A DNA stretch of 64,000 nt from Eledone cirrhosa. Taxonomy: Eukaryota. The position numbers and the translations under genes are program-made. How positions within the stretch are numbered: the first letter of the stretch is position 1; every line of letters begins with the position of its first letter. The notes under the pieces are model-generated. The model had not been told where the DNA came from, did no database searches, and was given only the letters and a program-made list of their open reading frames with translations. Where the stretch lies: positions 68,758,001 through 68,822,000 of the forward strand of contig OZ024741.1 of NCBI GenBank assembly GCA_964016885.1. Reading direction: 5' to 3'. This document shows positions 1 to 12,985 of the stretch, one piece after another.

Positions 1-2141
1 ATCTTCTCGTCGCTAGTTCCTCTCCGGAAGAGCATATGCACCACATGCATCTTTTATTTCGGCGACTTCTTCAGGATTACCGCGTTCGTGGGAATCCCGC
101 AAAGTGTGTTTTCGGTTCCACTTCGCTAAATCTTTTAGGCCACCTCATCGACGCCGAAGGTATTAGGCCGATTCCCCAGCGAGTTCAAGCCATACAGGAT
201 TTACCTCCGCCTACTACACTTCACCAGTTGCGTCACTTCTTAGGCCTAATCAATTTTTAGGGGCGTTTCGTTCCTCATTGTGCTAATTTGCTATCTTCCC
301 TTACTGACATTTTGAAAAATCGTCGTAAGAAGAATGAGGATATTTCCTTGACACAAAGACATCTTATTAAAGACTTCCAGACTGCCAAGTCAGCACTCGC
401 TAGTTTATCTTTGCTAGCCCACCCGGTACCAGAAGCCAAGCTTTCGCTTTGTGTTGATGCATCTGATACCGCTGTGGGAGCAGTTTTACAGCAGTACAAC
501 GCTGGAAACCAACAACCTTTGGCATTTTTCTCAAGGAAGCTGAAACCAGCAGAAACGCGTTACAGCACGTTTGGGCGGGAATTATTAGCCATATATCTGT
601 CGGTGAAACATTTCTCTCATATTCTTGAGGGGAGAAATTTTACTGTTTTACCTGACCACAAACCTCTGACCTTTGCTTTGAGGGCTAAAGCCGACAGATA
701 TTCACCCAGAGAGACAAGGTACCTGGATTACGTTTCGCAATTCACAAATGATATCCAGCACATTGCTAGCTCGCTTAACATAGCTGCAGACGCATTGTCA
801 CGTTTGCCAATCAGCTCCATCTCGTCATCCCAGGAGATTGACTTAAGTCGTTTAGCTGCAGACCAACCTGCACTCCAATCGTTGGATACTCTTTCTGCCG
901 AGTTTGCGACTTGCATCTTCAAATATCTGCCCTTGTCGACCACCGACAGGCAGATTCTATGTGATGTATCTACGGATTCACCACGACCTTATGTTCCTGA
1001 GACTCACCGTCGAATTGTGTTCCTTGCTTTGCACAGCATTTCTCACCCAGGAATTTCAGCCACAGTAAAGCTCATAACAGCTAGATTTTTCTGGCCCAAT
1101 ATGAGGCGAGAAATTATTGTCTGGTGCCGTTCCTGCGCACAGTGTCAAAAATCTAAAGTCCACAGACATATCCGGACTCCACTTGGTACTTTCAGTACTC
1201 CAGATGCTCGGTTTCAACACATCCACATCGATATCGTTGGACCTTGGCCATTCAGTAGTGGATATTCTTACCTCTTGACCTGCATCGATCGTTTTTCGCG
1301 ATGGCCTGAAGCCATCCCCTTAAAAGACATTACCGCTGAGACTATAGCGCGTGCCCTGGTATCAGGGTGGATTGCCCGCTTTGGTGTACCAACAACAGTC
1401 ACCACAGACCGTGGTAGACAATTTGAGTCTCATCTCTTCTCTGAGATGACAAAGATCATTGGCGCTCAACGGATTCGGACCACAGCTTATCATCCTGCTT
1501 CGAACGGAATGGTAGAACGATTCCACCGCCAATTAAAGGCCGCTCTTCGCGCCTATCCAGACTCTCAACGTTGGAGCGAGTACCTTCCTATTGTGTTATT
1601 AGGAATTCGGTCATCAATAAAGGAGGACCTTGGGTTCTCCCCAGCCGAATTACTGTATGGTGCTCCTCTAGCGTTGCCTGGGCAAATGCTTGCCCCTGTT
1701 GATCTTGCTTTTCAGGATCCTCTTTCCTACGTATCTCGTTTGCGCTCCTATTTTCAGGACTTACCGTCCATGAATACTAGGAAACAAACTATTAATGTTG
1801 CAGTCCCGAGGGATATTGCCTCGTGGGCTCATATATTCGTCAGAAACGACGCCGTTGCTCCACGCCTCACACAGCCGTACTCTGGACCCTACCGTGTGTT
1901 AGCACGTACTGACAAACATTTCACGGTAGACATTAAGGGGTCCAGAGAGACAATTTCGGTGGATAGACTAAAAAGGGCATACAATGACGCTCATACACCC
2001 GAGCCACAAACACCCCAATCTTTCTCTCTTGTGCATACACCTGCTCCTTCTGCTCCACCTTCACCTACATACAAGGCCACGACCCGTTCCGGTCGAAGAG
2101 TCCACTGGCGAAAAAAACTCTGCCAAACTGTTTTTATGTGA
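1..2141 (+). pseudogene. pol: Ty3/Gypsy pol remnant (RT C-terminus, RNase H, integrase), 5' part outside the window, in-frame stop at 258-260
   Basis: Motifs [47 protein letters not shown]...C..CQ zinc finger, [28 protein letters not shown] and GPY. Domain order RT-RH-IN is the Gypsy order. Confidence 0.95.
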
Positions 2142-2302
2142 ACTGGCCACTGGAGCCTTTTTTTTTGTTTTTCTCTTTATTGTATTGAACTATGTATACA
2201 TGTACCTTTTCGTTAATATTTCATGCCTGTGCTGGGAGCTAATGCTTGTTGGTTCGCTACAATTACCTTCGGGCTTCTCGCCTATCGTCTGGAGGAGGGT
2301 AC

Positions 2303-2680
2303 TGTAGCGACCCCCTTATGGCTGGAACTCAGAACGAATAAGAGTTGCGTCCCTTTGCGAGGAACTCAAAACGGATAAGAGTTGCGTCCCTTTGCGACGG
2401 CCGTGACCCCTAGTGTCACTTCCATGAACTAAGCGTCCCTTTGTGACGGTCGTGACCCCTAGGGGCAAATCCAGGTACTAAATGGAGTTACGTTCCCATG
2501 GGGACTATATATTTGAGAACGTGAGGCAATTCTCTCTCACTTCCTACGCCGCAGCTGAAAAGACCACTTCAACCTTACTAAGAGACGATTCCTGCTTTCT
2601 CTCCCTAGAGATGACTCCTGTCTTCTCTCTCTCTTCTCTACACGCTCCAGTTTGGGAGTTGAGACCAGCTCACCATCACA
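2303..2680 (+). mobile_element. 3' LTR of the Gypsy element
   Basis: Polypurine tract GGAGGAGGG at 2291-2299, then TGTAGCGA at 2303. Plausible CA end (ATCACA) at 2680. Short internal direct repeats at 2325-2465. No 5' LTR in the window to confirm the end. Confidence 0.7.
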
Positions 2681-3048
2681 ACGTGTGGTAAAAAACATTT
2701 CTATTATTATATTTGACTTCTGTGAAGTAGAACTATGATACTAACCTTCTAAAGCATAATACAATAAATAAATGAATAAAAAAGCCAATCAGCGGGTCGT
2801 CTGAGGAAAGGGCCTCGGGAGATGATGTGGCTGTTGCAGCGGGTGTCGCTGGTTATTGTCAGCGGGAGTGCTTTTGCGGTCTTGTCCGCGAGGCGTAGCT
2901 TCGATACCGCCGCACCCAGAGGCCATCACCCTCCCTTATCCCCTTCCCCATTCTTCTGTGACATTGGAGCTCTTACCTTTCCCTTTCTTTTCCGTTTTCA
3001 TAACCACAAAAGACACTTGAATATTCTGTTTTTATTTACTTATTTATG

Positions 3049-3738
3049 TGTAGCGAAATCTGCCCACACCTTGACCCTTGGGTAACATTTAATGGTCATT
3101 TTCTGGGCTATCTCCTTTCGGGCGTAAACAAGTCTGAGAGTGGATGACCAAGGGACAGAGGAAGCGATAGATATAAATAGCCTGTCTTAGATCAAGCGGG
3201 AAGCAGTTCGAAGCAGTTCTTGATAGGGTAAACATGTAAAACATTTGCTTCCTACAGATCCTTTTGGGATCTTACAGACTCTTACTTTTTCTTACTCTCT
3301 CTCTCTCCCCCTCTCTCTCTCTCTCTCTCTCTTTTTTTTTTTTTTTCACTTAATCTCTATCTTTTGGTCTTTCTCTTAACCAAGCCAATGAAGTTCATGC
3401 AGTTTTCTTAGTAAATACAATTTAATTCTACTTTTACAAACAAACAAATAACGTACATAATTCTTATCTATTTTTTGTATAGCTCCGGCGTGAGCGATTT
3501 TCAATAAATTAATAATATAGCGGTTTGGTGTCATCGTCGTTCATTTATATATATTCATTTTTTGCGTAATCAAGGAACTATCATATCATGATCTTATTGA
3601 CCACTTACTCACTTGCAACCTCTGGTCACACTGTATCACACGACACGGCAAGCTACAGGTGAACATGCATGCAACAAACGAATCAACACCACAACACAAG
3701 CAACACACCAACACAACCATAAAAAAGCGATCGCTATA
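3049..3738 (+). mobile_element. Solo LTR
   Basis: Inverted termini TGTAGCGA...TCGCTATA flanked by 4-bp direct repeat TATG (3045-3048, 3739-3742). Internal TATAAA near 3172, CT-rich tract, AATAAA near 3503. Confidence 0.65.
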
Positions 3739-3962
3739 TATGTTCAATGTTTGAATATGCTAAGTATGTTTGTATATTTATGTTTATATGTTTCTCTGTC
3801 TGTAATTTTTAAACCTTACACACAAATATACACATTTAGACATATGCACACAATGCACTTCCTATCTCAGCCATGTTGCTACTACGTTCAGTTTCCAAAT
3901 CACAAGGTCCTGGGTGATTTGGAAACTGATCTTCCTGCCAAAAAAATTTTTTTTAGATGAAA

Positions 3963-4075
3963 TTAACTAGCACAGGGCCTCATAACTTAACTAGCACAGG
4001 GCCTCATAACTTAACAAGCACAGGGCCTCATAACTTAACTAGCACAGGGGCTCATAACTTAACTAACACACGGCC
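3963..4075. repeat. 24-bp minisatellite, about 4.5 copies of TTAACTAGCACAGGGCCTCATAAC
   Basis: Head-to-tail copies with no spacers. Confidence 0.95.
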
Positions 4076-4783
4076 CCATTTGTCCTAAATCCGGCACTGC
4101 TTTCACGTGTCAGTAATCAACATAAACTATAGGGTTTCTCTTATGCGAACGTAAATTTCCCGGGTTGTATAATTGTTCATATACCAGTAATCTTGGTATA
4201 TACGGCATGCCGATTCTGGACTCTAAAAATGAAATACGTTCAACTATATTGTCGTCATTACTGACGACACGGGTGTACTAATAAGAAATAAATTTAATTA
4301 TGTGTTACTATGGCAGTGAGAGAAATAGTGGAGCAAGATTGGGTGTAGATAAGGAGAAATTCTTATTATAAGGACTGGTAACGGAATTTAAACAAGATAT
4401 TTCTTATACCTTCTTTTTCTACTAACAAGTAATAAACCTGTTTATAATAATCATGCAACTCATGGCCTGATATTGAAGTCAAGTTTCAAATGACAAGACA
4501 AAGATAAAACATAATATATGTGTGTGCACGTGTATGTGTGTGTGCGCGTGTATGTGTGTATGGGTGTGTGTTTGCGTGTACGTGTGTATGTGTTTGCGTG
4601 TGTATGTGTGTGTCTGTGTGTCTGTGTGTGTATGTGTTTGTGAGTGTTTATGTGTATCTGTGTGTCTGTGTGCGTGTATGTGTTAGCGTGTGTGTGTGTA
4701 TTAGTATTGGTGCTCTGAAATAGCGATGTATACATGAATGTATGTATAGTACATTTGGCAATATTCCGTATGTTTAATTAAAA

Positions 4784-4824
<41 letters not shown>

Positions 4825-4972
4825 AATGAAAGGTATAGAAATTGTTGTAGCGAGAAGCTAACAGTATTCCATAACATATATGCGACTATAGCGTCAAAAT
4901 GGGAAAAATAGTTAACGTAAGATGTAGGAAAAATAATTCAAACTCAAAGTATAACAATATATATATATATAT

Positions 4973-5122
4973 ATATTGTTATACTTTGGGAGGGTCATGT
5001 TGCCAATAAGAAACACACGCACCAGTTGCTTTCACTTCAATTTATTATAATAAATTGAAGTGAAAGCAACTGGTGCGTGTGTTTCTTATTGGCAACATGA
5101 CCCTCCCAAAGTATAACAATAT
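4973..5122. repeat. 150-bp perfect palindrome, 75-bp arms, no spacer
   Basis: Centre TTTATTA|TAATAAA at 5047/5048; arms read as exact reverse complements. Confidence 0.92.
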
Positions 5123-5390
5123 CGGTTTCAACACACATTTTCAGATAAAGAATCTTGCTAAACAAATTCAGAAACGAAATATATATATATATATATATAA
5201 GTATAAAGATTTACATATACATGAAGTCATAGATATATATGTTGCAACCGGCCTAGCAACAAGCCTATCCGCCGTAAGCAACTTATCACATTCTTTCTAA
5301 CTTGACCACTGCCACGTCACGATTCTTAGCCATTTTTTAATCTATTTTTGGCGCGATCACTTTGGAAAATTAAATGTCTAATTTTGAGTT

Positions 5391-5469
5391 TTTCTCCTGA
5401 TGAGTCTGTTACTCCGGATATCCTGATAATTGGATGTCTAAAAATACGGACGAAACCATGGTAGAGATA
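5391..5469 (+). ncRNA. Type I hammerhead ribozyme
   Basis: TCTC-CTGATGA-GTCTGT...ACGGAC-GAAA-CCATG-GTA-GAGA. Palindromic stem III ACCATGGT. Predicted cleavage after 5463. Confidence 0.8.
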
Positions 5470-5860
5470 TAATTACGGTATGTACACATTTCTTCTAAGT
5501 TTGAATTTACACCTAATTGTGTATGGTTGACGGTATATTTAGTCAGTTTCTACATGCTGTTGAAATGTTGGATAAATACTCTATTGGGGCCACCGCGAAG
5601 AGGCCGCTTTCGGTTATTTGTCGGAAATTTCTTCATAGGAGCCATTTTTCTTATAGCCTGGTCTAATTGATTTTTTATATGGTTAATTATACTAATTGGG
5701 AGTGGAAATGGTATATATCTTATCTAATAATTCTAAGGACATGATTTATGATATATATATAAGTATTAAGTTGGTAAACAATATTCGATGATTATGTCAA
5801 AGAATGAGTTTTACAGTAGATTGGAAGCACTCAACGAAAAATAATTTTCAGTAGTTATTA

Positions 5861-6129
5861 ATATTAAAATATAAGTATTAATAAAATAGATGTTCTTTTG
5901 ATCAATTACATTTTATTATACATATTTCGGATGTACAACAGTACGTCCTCATCAGACAAAATATAATGATACATGACATACCCTGAGATGTTTAACCATT
6001 TAACATCTCAGGGTATGTCATGTATCATTATATTTTGTCTGATGAGGACGTACTGTTGTACATCCAAAATATGTATAATAAAATGTAATTGATCAAAAGA
6101 ACATCTATTTTATTAATACTTATATTTTA

Positions 6130-6133
<4 letters not shown>
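5861..6133. repeat. Fold-back inverted repeat (132-bp arms, 9-nt spacer) with an HHR in each arm
   Basis: 5861-5992 is the reverse complement of 6002-6133, with one mismatch seen. Confidence 0.92.
5907..5965 (-). ncRNA. Type I hammerhead ribozyme, intact core
   Basis: TATATTTTGT-CTGATGA-GGACGTAC tgtt GTACATCC-GAAA-TATGT-ATA-ATAAAATGTA. Stem I is 10 bp. The mirror copy at 6029-6087 (+) has AAAA in place of GAAA. Confidence 0.82.
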
Positions 6134-6162
<29 letters not shown>

Positions 6163-6239
6163 CGTGTGTGTGTGTGTGTGTATGTGTGTATATACATATA
6201 CATATGTATGTGTATATGTGTGTATATATGTGGGAGATA

Positions 6240-7065
6240 TACGAGGTGTGTCAGAAAAGTTCCAGGACTGATGTCACAAAACCCAAACTTCACACTAAGA
6301 GTTTTCTCCTTCAAAGTAATCCCCCTGGAGTATGTAACTGTAATCTTAGCTCTCTGCAGCGATCAAACTTTTTTCTTCCAAATTTTATATACATTTTCTC
6401 TGTTTCAGGTCGTCAAGCAATGCACACAGAGCAACGAACAAACTTGAAGTTTCTGGTACGGTTGGGGAAAAACTCCGTCAAATGCAGCAAGTGTATGGAA
6501 AGTTTAAAGAAGGACGCGAGGACGTGGAAGATGACCCCAGGAGCGGAAGGCCCTCAACATCCAGGACTGAGGTCAACGTTGAGCGTATCAGGCAGATGGT
6601 GCGTAGCGAACGTCAGCTGGCTGTTCGACTGATGGCAAAGGAGCTGGGCAGGAATTGGGGCAGCGTCTGGAAGATTCTCACTGAAGATTTGGACATGCGG
6701 AAAGTCTGCGCGAAGATGGTGCCAAAACTGCTGAACGATGACCAGAAGGGTCGACGCATGCAAGTGTGCCAGGATATCCTCGAGCGTCTTGAAACCGAAC
6801 CAGACTTGCTAGGGACAGTCATCGCCGGAGGGGACCCGTTTTGTAGACGTGGACGACATCAAAAAGGCCGTGACGACGGAATTGCGGAGGATCCCGGAAG
6901 AATCCTTCCAGGAGTGCATGCAAGCGTGGCAGAAAAGGATGGAAAAGTGCATTAGACTCCAGGGGGGGGGGGTTAATTTGAAGGAGAAAACTCTTAGTGT
7001 GAAGTTTGGGTTTGAAATAAATCTTTTGTGACATCAGTCCTGGAACTTTTCTGACACACCTCGTA
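6240..7065 (+). mobile_element. Internally deleted mariner transposon
   Basis: About 42-bp TIRs TACGAGGTGTGTCAGAAAAGTTCCAGGACTGATGTCACAAAA with TA on both sides. Fragments EQRTNLKFLVRLGK, DDPRSGRPSTS, RKVCAKMVPKLL, WQKRMEKCI. DDD core deleted. Confidence 0.92.
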
Positions 7066-7438
7066 TATAATATGTATGTAGGATATGTATAGTGTATATA
7101 TAGGATGTATATGATATATGTGTGGGATATATGTGTGGTATATGTATAGGATATATATTGGTGTGTATATAACATGTATGTATGATATAAGTGTAAAAAA
7201 TATATATATGGGGTGTGTATAGGAGATATATATATGTGTAGAAAAAATGTGTGTATATGTGGTGTATATACATGTATGTGTTTGAAATATATGTATATGT
7301 ATGTATAGGATATATATATGTGTGTATGTGTATGTATATACGGGTGTGTATATATATATGTATATGATATATGTGTATGTACAAGATATGTATGATATAT
7401 ATATATGTATGTTTAGTGTGTATGTGTATGCGTGTGTA

Positions 7439-7496
<58 letters not shown>

Positions 7497-7747
7497 ATAT
7501 GTAAGTATATATATATATATATATATACATATATATGTGTGTATATGTGTGTGTATATATATATATATATTTATATGTGTGTTTGTATAATATGTATATA
7601 TGTGTTTGGTGTATGTATATATATATGTGTGTGTGTATGGTATGTCTATATATGTGTATAAAATATATATGAAATATGTGTGTGCGTGTATATATGTGTG
7701 TATATGTATGTGTATGTATATATGTGTATGTATGTGTACCCATATGC

Positions 7748-7800
<53 letters not shown>

Positions 7801-7830
7801 AAAAAATAGAGGTGTAACACACGAGTTGTG

Positions 7831-8196
7831 ATATATTAGTAAAAGGAAAAGAAAATGCTGACAAATTTTTCCCAGTGAAAAATAGTTTAATTAGGAATAA
7901 GTATAAATTAGTAATCACGTGACATTCAACAACCAAACAAATCTTAATACCTCTGAAGCCACTTTTTTCACATATAACAGGAAGAATTTCCAAAACTGAT
8001 CAGATTAGAGCAAACATCACGTGCGCTCTATCTCAAAATTATTTTTGAAAAGCATTAGAAATGCGCAACCGGTAAAAACTTAAAACTAAAACTGAATACT
8101 AACCAATACTTATTACTAATTTATACTTATTCCTAATTAAACTATTTTTCACTGGGAAAAATTTGTCAGCATTTTCTTTTCCTTTTACTAATATAT
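7831..8196. repeat. Inverted repeat, about 84-bp arms and 197-bp spacer
   Basis: 7831-7915 matches the reverse complement of 8112-8196; next to (TA)n. Confidence 0.85.
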
Positions 8197-8574
8197 ATAT
8201 ATATATATATATATAGCATCTTGGAGCAAAACCCGTTGATAACACGACTTCCTTGTTCATCATCTCACCAGAAGCCCAACATTCTTTATGTAGGCGGACA
8301 GTACCTGATTTTGGAATCGCAGAAACCAATACTGGATTTTACCATCAGTCCAGGGTCCGGGAAAGTATCAACACATATATTTTTATTATTTGACCCGAAT
8401 TACTTGGTCGTTTTGTTTTGGCTGTGCGGATGATATGTTTAACCATCATCTCAGTGTGTTTGGCCCTTAACGTATGTTGTAGCTCTGATTCATATGATTC
8501 ATCGAGCGCTTGCCACACATATCGGACGTTGATTTTCGTTAATTCCTGAGCTGAAAACGATTCTCGCTAATTTA

Positions 8575-8717
<143 letters not shown>

Positions 8718-8734
8718 GTGTGTATGTGTATGTA

Positions 8735-8787
<53 letters not shown>

Positions 8788-9878
8788 GTGTGTGTATATA
8801 TATATGTGTTGATATGTGTTTGTATGTAGTATATACGGACTGTAGATATATTTACATATAGGGAAGTGAATATGTGAGCCAGCATGTCCCCCCACACTTC
8901 CTCTCCCAGACCAATATCATCAACACATCTTTGACAAATGTTCCCAAACTATCCTTCTTTTCTCTTTTTCCTGCCATCCCATTCTTATCAAAAGACATGT
9001 ATCTTACACCTCATTAAAACCCAGACAAGCACCTAAATTCATCTTTGATATAGAACTGTGTAGAAGATATTCTTTATGGATTTGGAAGAGTTGATTCAGC
9101 TATGCCATTATATACTCATCAAAGGTCAGCTAATGAAATAAAACCAACAGGAGAGTATGTTTACGACATCCTTCTCAAACACGCTTATCTTACAACTTCA
9201 CCATTTTCTGAGTGTATATATATGTGTGTATGTGTGTACGTGTGTGTGTGTGTGTATGTATGTATACTTTAATTCCTCCAGACCTTCATCCTCATCAACA
9301 CTCATTAACACCACACGCCACACCCCAGACACATCCAAATCTCTCTTATATATAGTCACACATTTCAACACAACCTGATCTCAGTTTGACAATCTCGCCA
9401 CAGACAGACGAATGGAAGAAAGTTATCCAACCCAAGTTAACCAGGAATCTCTAAAATTCTTCCCACCGAAGTTAACAAAGAACTTACTGGATCTACCAAC
9501 TCATAATATTATAATATAACATTAAATCATAAATTTGTTAACACTACAAATGAAGTCATTATTTTGCATTTTTTCAAATATACCTAACTGTACCAAGGAT
9601 CTCACACATTTTCCATGTATTTACACTTTAATTTATACTTTTAATTATTGTGTGCCTACTCTGCCTTCCATGGGCTATAGATTCCATGCACTGGTGGTTT
9701 TTTCCCTGTTTGATTGATGGCGCACTATCTCTCTCTGGTAATTGATGGCACACTATCTCTCTCTCTGGTGTGTTATCTTTTCAACATATTGTATTATAAA
9801 GAGCTCGGGATTGCTTCTCCTTTGAGCACATTACTGACAGGGAATAGCGAGAGTCTATGGCTCCGTTGATTTATCGTG

Positions 9879-9909
<31 letters not shown>

Positions 9910-10882
9910 GGGGGGGGGGTTATCCCGGGTTCAATCCGGGGTAACCACAGTAAGGTACTCAATAAATAACAGAGTATAAATATTTAATATAGAAATGACT
10001 TCTACAGGACTCGAACTCTTACATTCGGGAGAAATCAGGAAGCCCAGGGCTTATATTAAATATATATATATATATACATTATTCCGGGTTCAATCGGGGA
10101 TAACCACAGTAAGTAAAGTACTCAATACATAGCAGAGTATAAATGTTTTAATATCGAAAAGCTTCTACAGGACTAGAACTGTTTCATTCGTGAGAAATCT
10201 CGTCATTTCTCACGAATGAAACAGTTCTATATATATATATGTATACACACATATATATATATATACACACACATATATATATATGTTCACAATTGTTAGT
10301 ATATTTGACATGTCAATTTACGTATTTCCCTGTGGATAACAAAAATAGGATATTACTATAAGTGATATGGTATATATGCCCCTGCGGTTGTGTAGATGAT
10401 ACACACACCTTGTGATGGCAATCTAACTACGTTTGAAAATCGATTTTATAAAAAAAAGTTTCTGCAATTATGGGGAAATACTTATATTTGTCATGTCTAC
10501 GTGTCTATATACTCAAAATGTATAAATACATATATGGGGCAGACATGACCACCCCTCTCCCTCCCTCTAGGTCCAGCGCTCCTATGTATATCTAAACTAT
10601 AATAAAGTAAGGAGTGCGGGACTGCGTCCAGAATATTTTTTTTTTATCCCGTTTGTAAAATAAGTTGGATTACTTTGAATAAATAATGAATGAATATTAC
10701 ATAATTTATCTGCTCAATTTCGTAAACAAAAATAATTTCGAAAAAATAAATAATTTCAAATTGACTTATTTTCAAAGTTGCACTTCCGGTATATCGTCAG
10801 CACCACCACCACCACCACTTCAATCTAAACTATAATAATATATATAGAAAGAGAGTGTGTGTGATGAGAGAGATAGAGATTA

Positions 10883-11830
10883 TACACATACTTTCACACA
10901 AATATACATACATTCACACATACTTTCACACAAACATACATACTTTCACACAAATATACATACATTCACACAAACATACATACATTCACACATACTTTCA
11001 CACAAATATACATACTTTCACACAAACATACATACTTTCACACAAATATACATACATTCACACAAATATACATACATTCACACAAACTTTCACACAAATA
11101 TACATACTTTCACACAAACATACATACTTTCACACAAATATACATACATTCACACAAACATACATACATTCACACATACTTTCACACAAATATACATACA
11201 TTCACACAAACATACATACATTCACACATACTTTCACACAAATATACATACTTTCACACATACTTTCACACAAACATACATACTTTCACACAAATATACA
11301 TACTTTCACACAAATATACATACTTTCACACATACTTTCACACAAACATACATACTTTCACACAAATATACATACTTTCACACACATACTTTCACACAAA
11401 TATACATACTTTCACACATACTTTCACACAAATATACATACTTTCACACAAACATACATACTTTCACACAAATATACATACATTCACACATACTTTCACA
11501 CAAATATACATACTTTCACACAAACATACATACTTTCACACAAATATACATACTTTCACACACATACTTTCACACAAACATACATACTTTCACACAAACA
11601 TACATACTTTCACACAAATATACATACATTCACACATACTTTCACACAAATATACATACTTTCACACAAACATACATACTTTCACACAAATATACATACT
11701 TTCACACACATACTTTCACACAAATATACATACTTTCACACAAATATACATACTTTCACACACATACTTTCACACAAATATACATACTTTCACACACATA
11801 CTTTCACACAAACATACATACATTCACACA
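10883..11830. repeat. Compound minisatellite of 20-bp CTTTCACACAAAYATACATA units with shorter CTTTCACACATA units
   Basis: Direct reading; shorter homologous array at about 43715-44070. Confidence 0.95.
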
Positions 11831-12093
11831 TATCAAAGGTATATATTGAGTTAGGAACTCAAAATAGTCTCTTACAACAGAATAGCTCTAAGAAAGAGAT
11901 ATATCCGAGCCGTATATTATAATTGAATATAAAAGAAAAACGAACACAGACATATACATATATGTGTTCAAATCGCAAGGGACCAGATTTGCTAAGGTGA
12001 AAAGAATATTAACTATAAACAATAGGGTTTGCCTGTCTCAATTTTTTTAAAAATCAAGAAAATAAATACAAACCGGAATTGTGGTAACTACCA

Positions 12094-12171
12094 ATCACCC
12101 AGACAGCTTGGTGCTGTTTCGCAATATTAATTGTGAATAGAATTACTAATTCTTGCTCATTAGTGGGTGAT
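12094..12171 (-). ncRNA. Hammerhead ribozyme with G5A core mutation, probably inactive
   Basis: ATCACCCA-CTAATGA-GCAA...TTGC-GAAA-CAGC accaa GCTG-TC-TGGGTGAT. Stem I is 8 bp. Confidence 0.72.
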
Positions 12172-12985
12172 GAATTAGTATCCTAGACACTTCTAAGTAT
12201 ATTAAGAAACTAGCGAATCTGGTCCCTTGCGATTTGAACACATACATTCACACATATACATTTACACAAACACACACATACAGTCATGATAGCGTTCGGT
12301 TTAATTGGAGATGGGAGGGTATACTTTCACATAAATATACATACATTCACACAAACATACATACATTCACACAAGCATACATACATTCACACATACTTTC
12401 ACACAAACATACATACATTCACACATATACATTTACAAAAATAATACATTCATACATATACATTTACACAAACACACACATACAGTCATGATAGCGTTCG
12501 GTTTAGTTGGAAATGGGAGGGTAAAACAAGTATAATGTTTTATTTATTAACTCTTTATTTTGAAAACTCATTTAATGTAATGTTTACAGAACGAAAACAC
12601 TAACAAATATAATCTAAACTATAATAAACCAAGGAGCGCGGGACTACATCTAGAATATAATTTTTTTTATCCCGTTTGTAAAATAAGTTGCATTACTTTC
12701 AATAAATAATTGTTTCTATTTGCACAAGGCCAGCAAATACCCAGTATATTACTGGTACTTTATTTTATCGACCCCGTAAGGATGAAAGGCAATTTATCTA
12801 CTAAAATTTGTAACACATGATTAAACATATATTTCAATACTTCCGGTATATCTATAGAGAGAGAGAGTGAGGGAGTGAAAGAGAAAGATGAAGCGATTAT
12901 TTATTTTTTTGTTTTAACATATATTTATTTCTAAGATTTACCGTAGAGATAACGTATATTTATACATACATGACAGAGAGTGAAT

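Noticed and set aside
2785-2945. GC-rich patch with a 45-codon minus-strand ORF
   Set aside because: No recognisable motif or structure; probably a TE fragment.
3963-4075. CRISPR-like array
   Set aside because: No unique spacers, no cas genes, eukaryotic context.
10855-11922. 355-aa and 330-aa His/Thr-rich ORFs
   Set aside because: Open in several frames only because the minisatellite has no stops.
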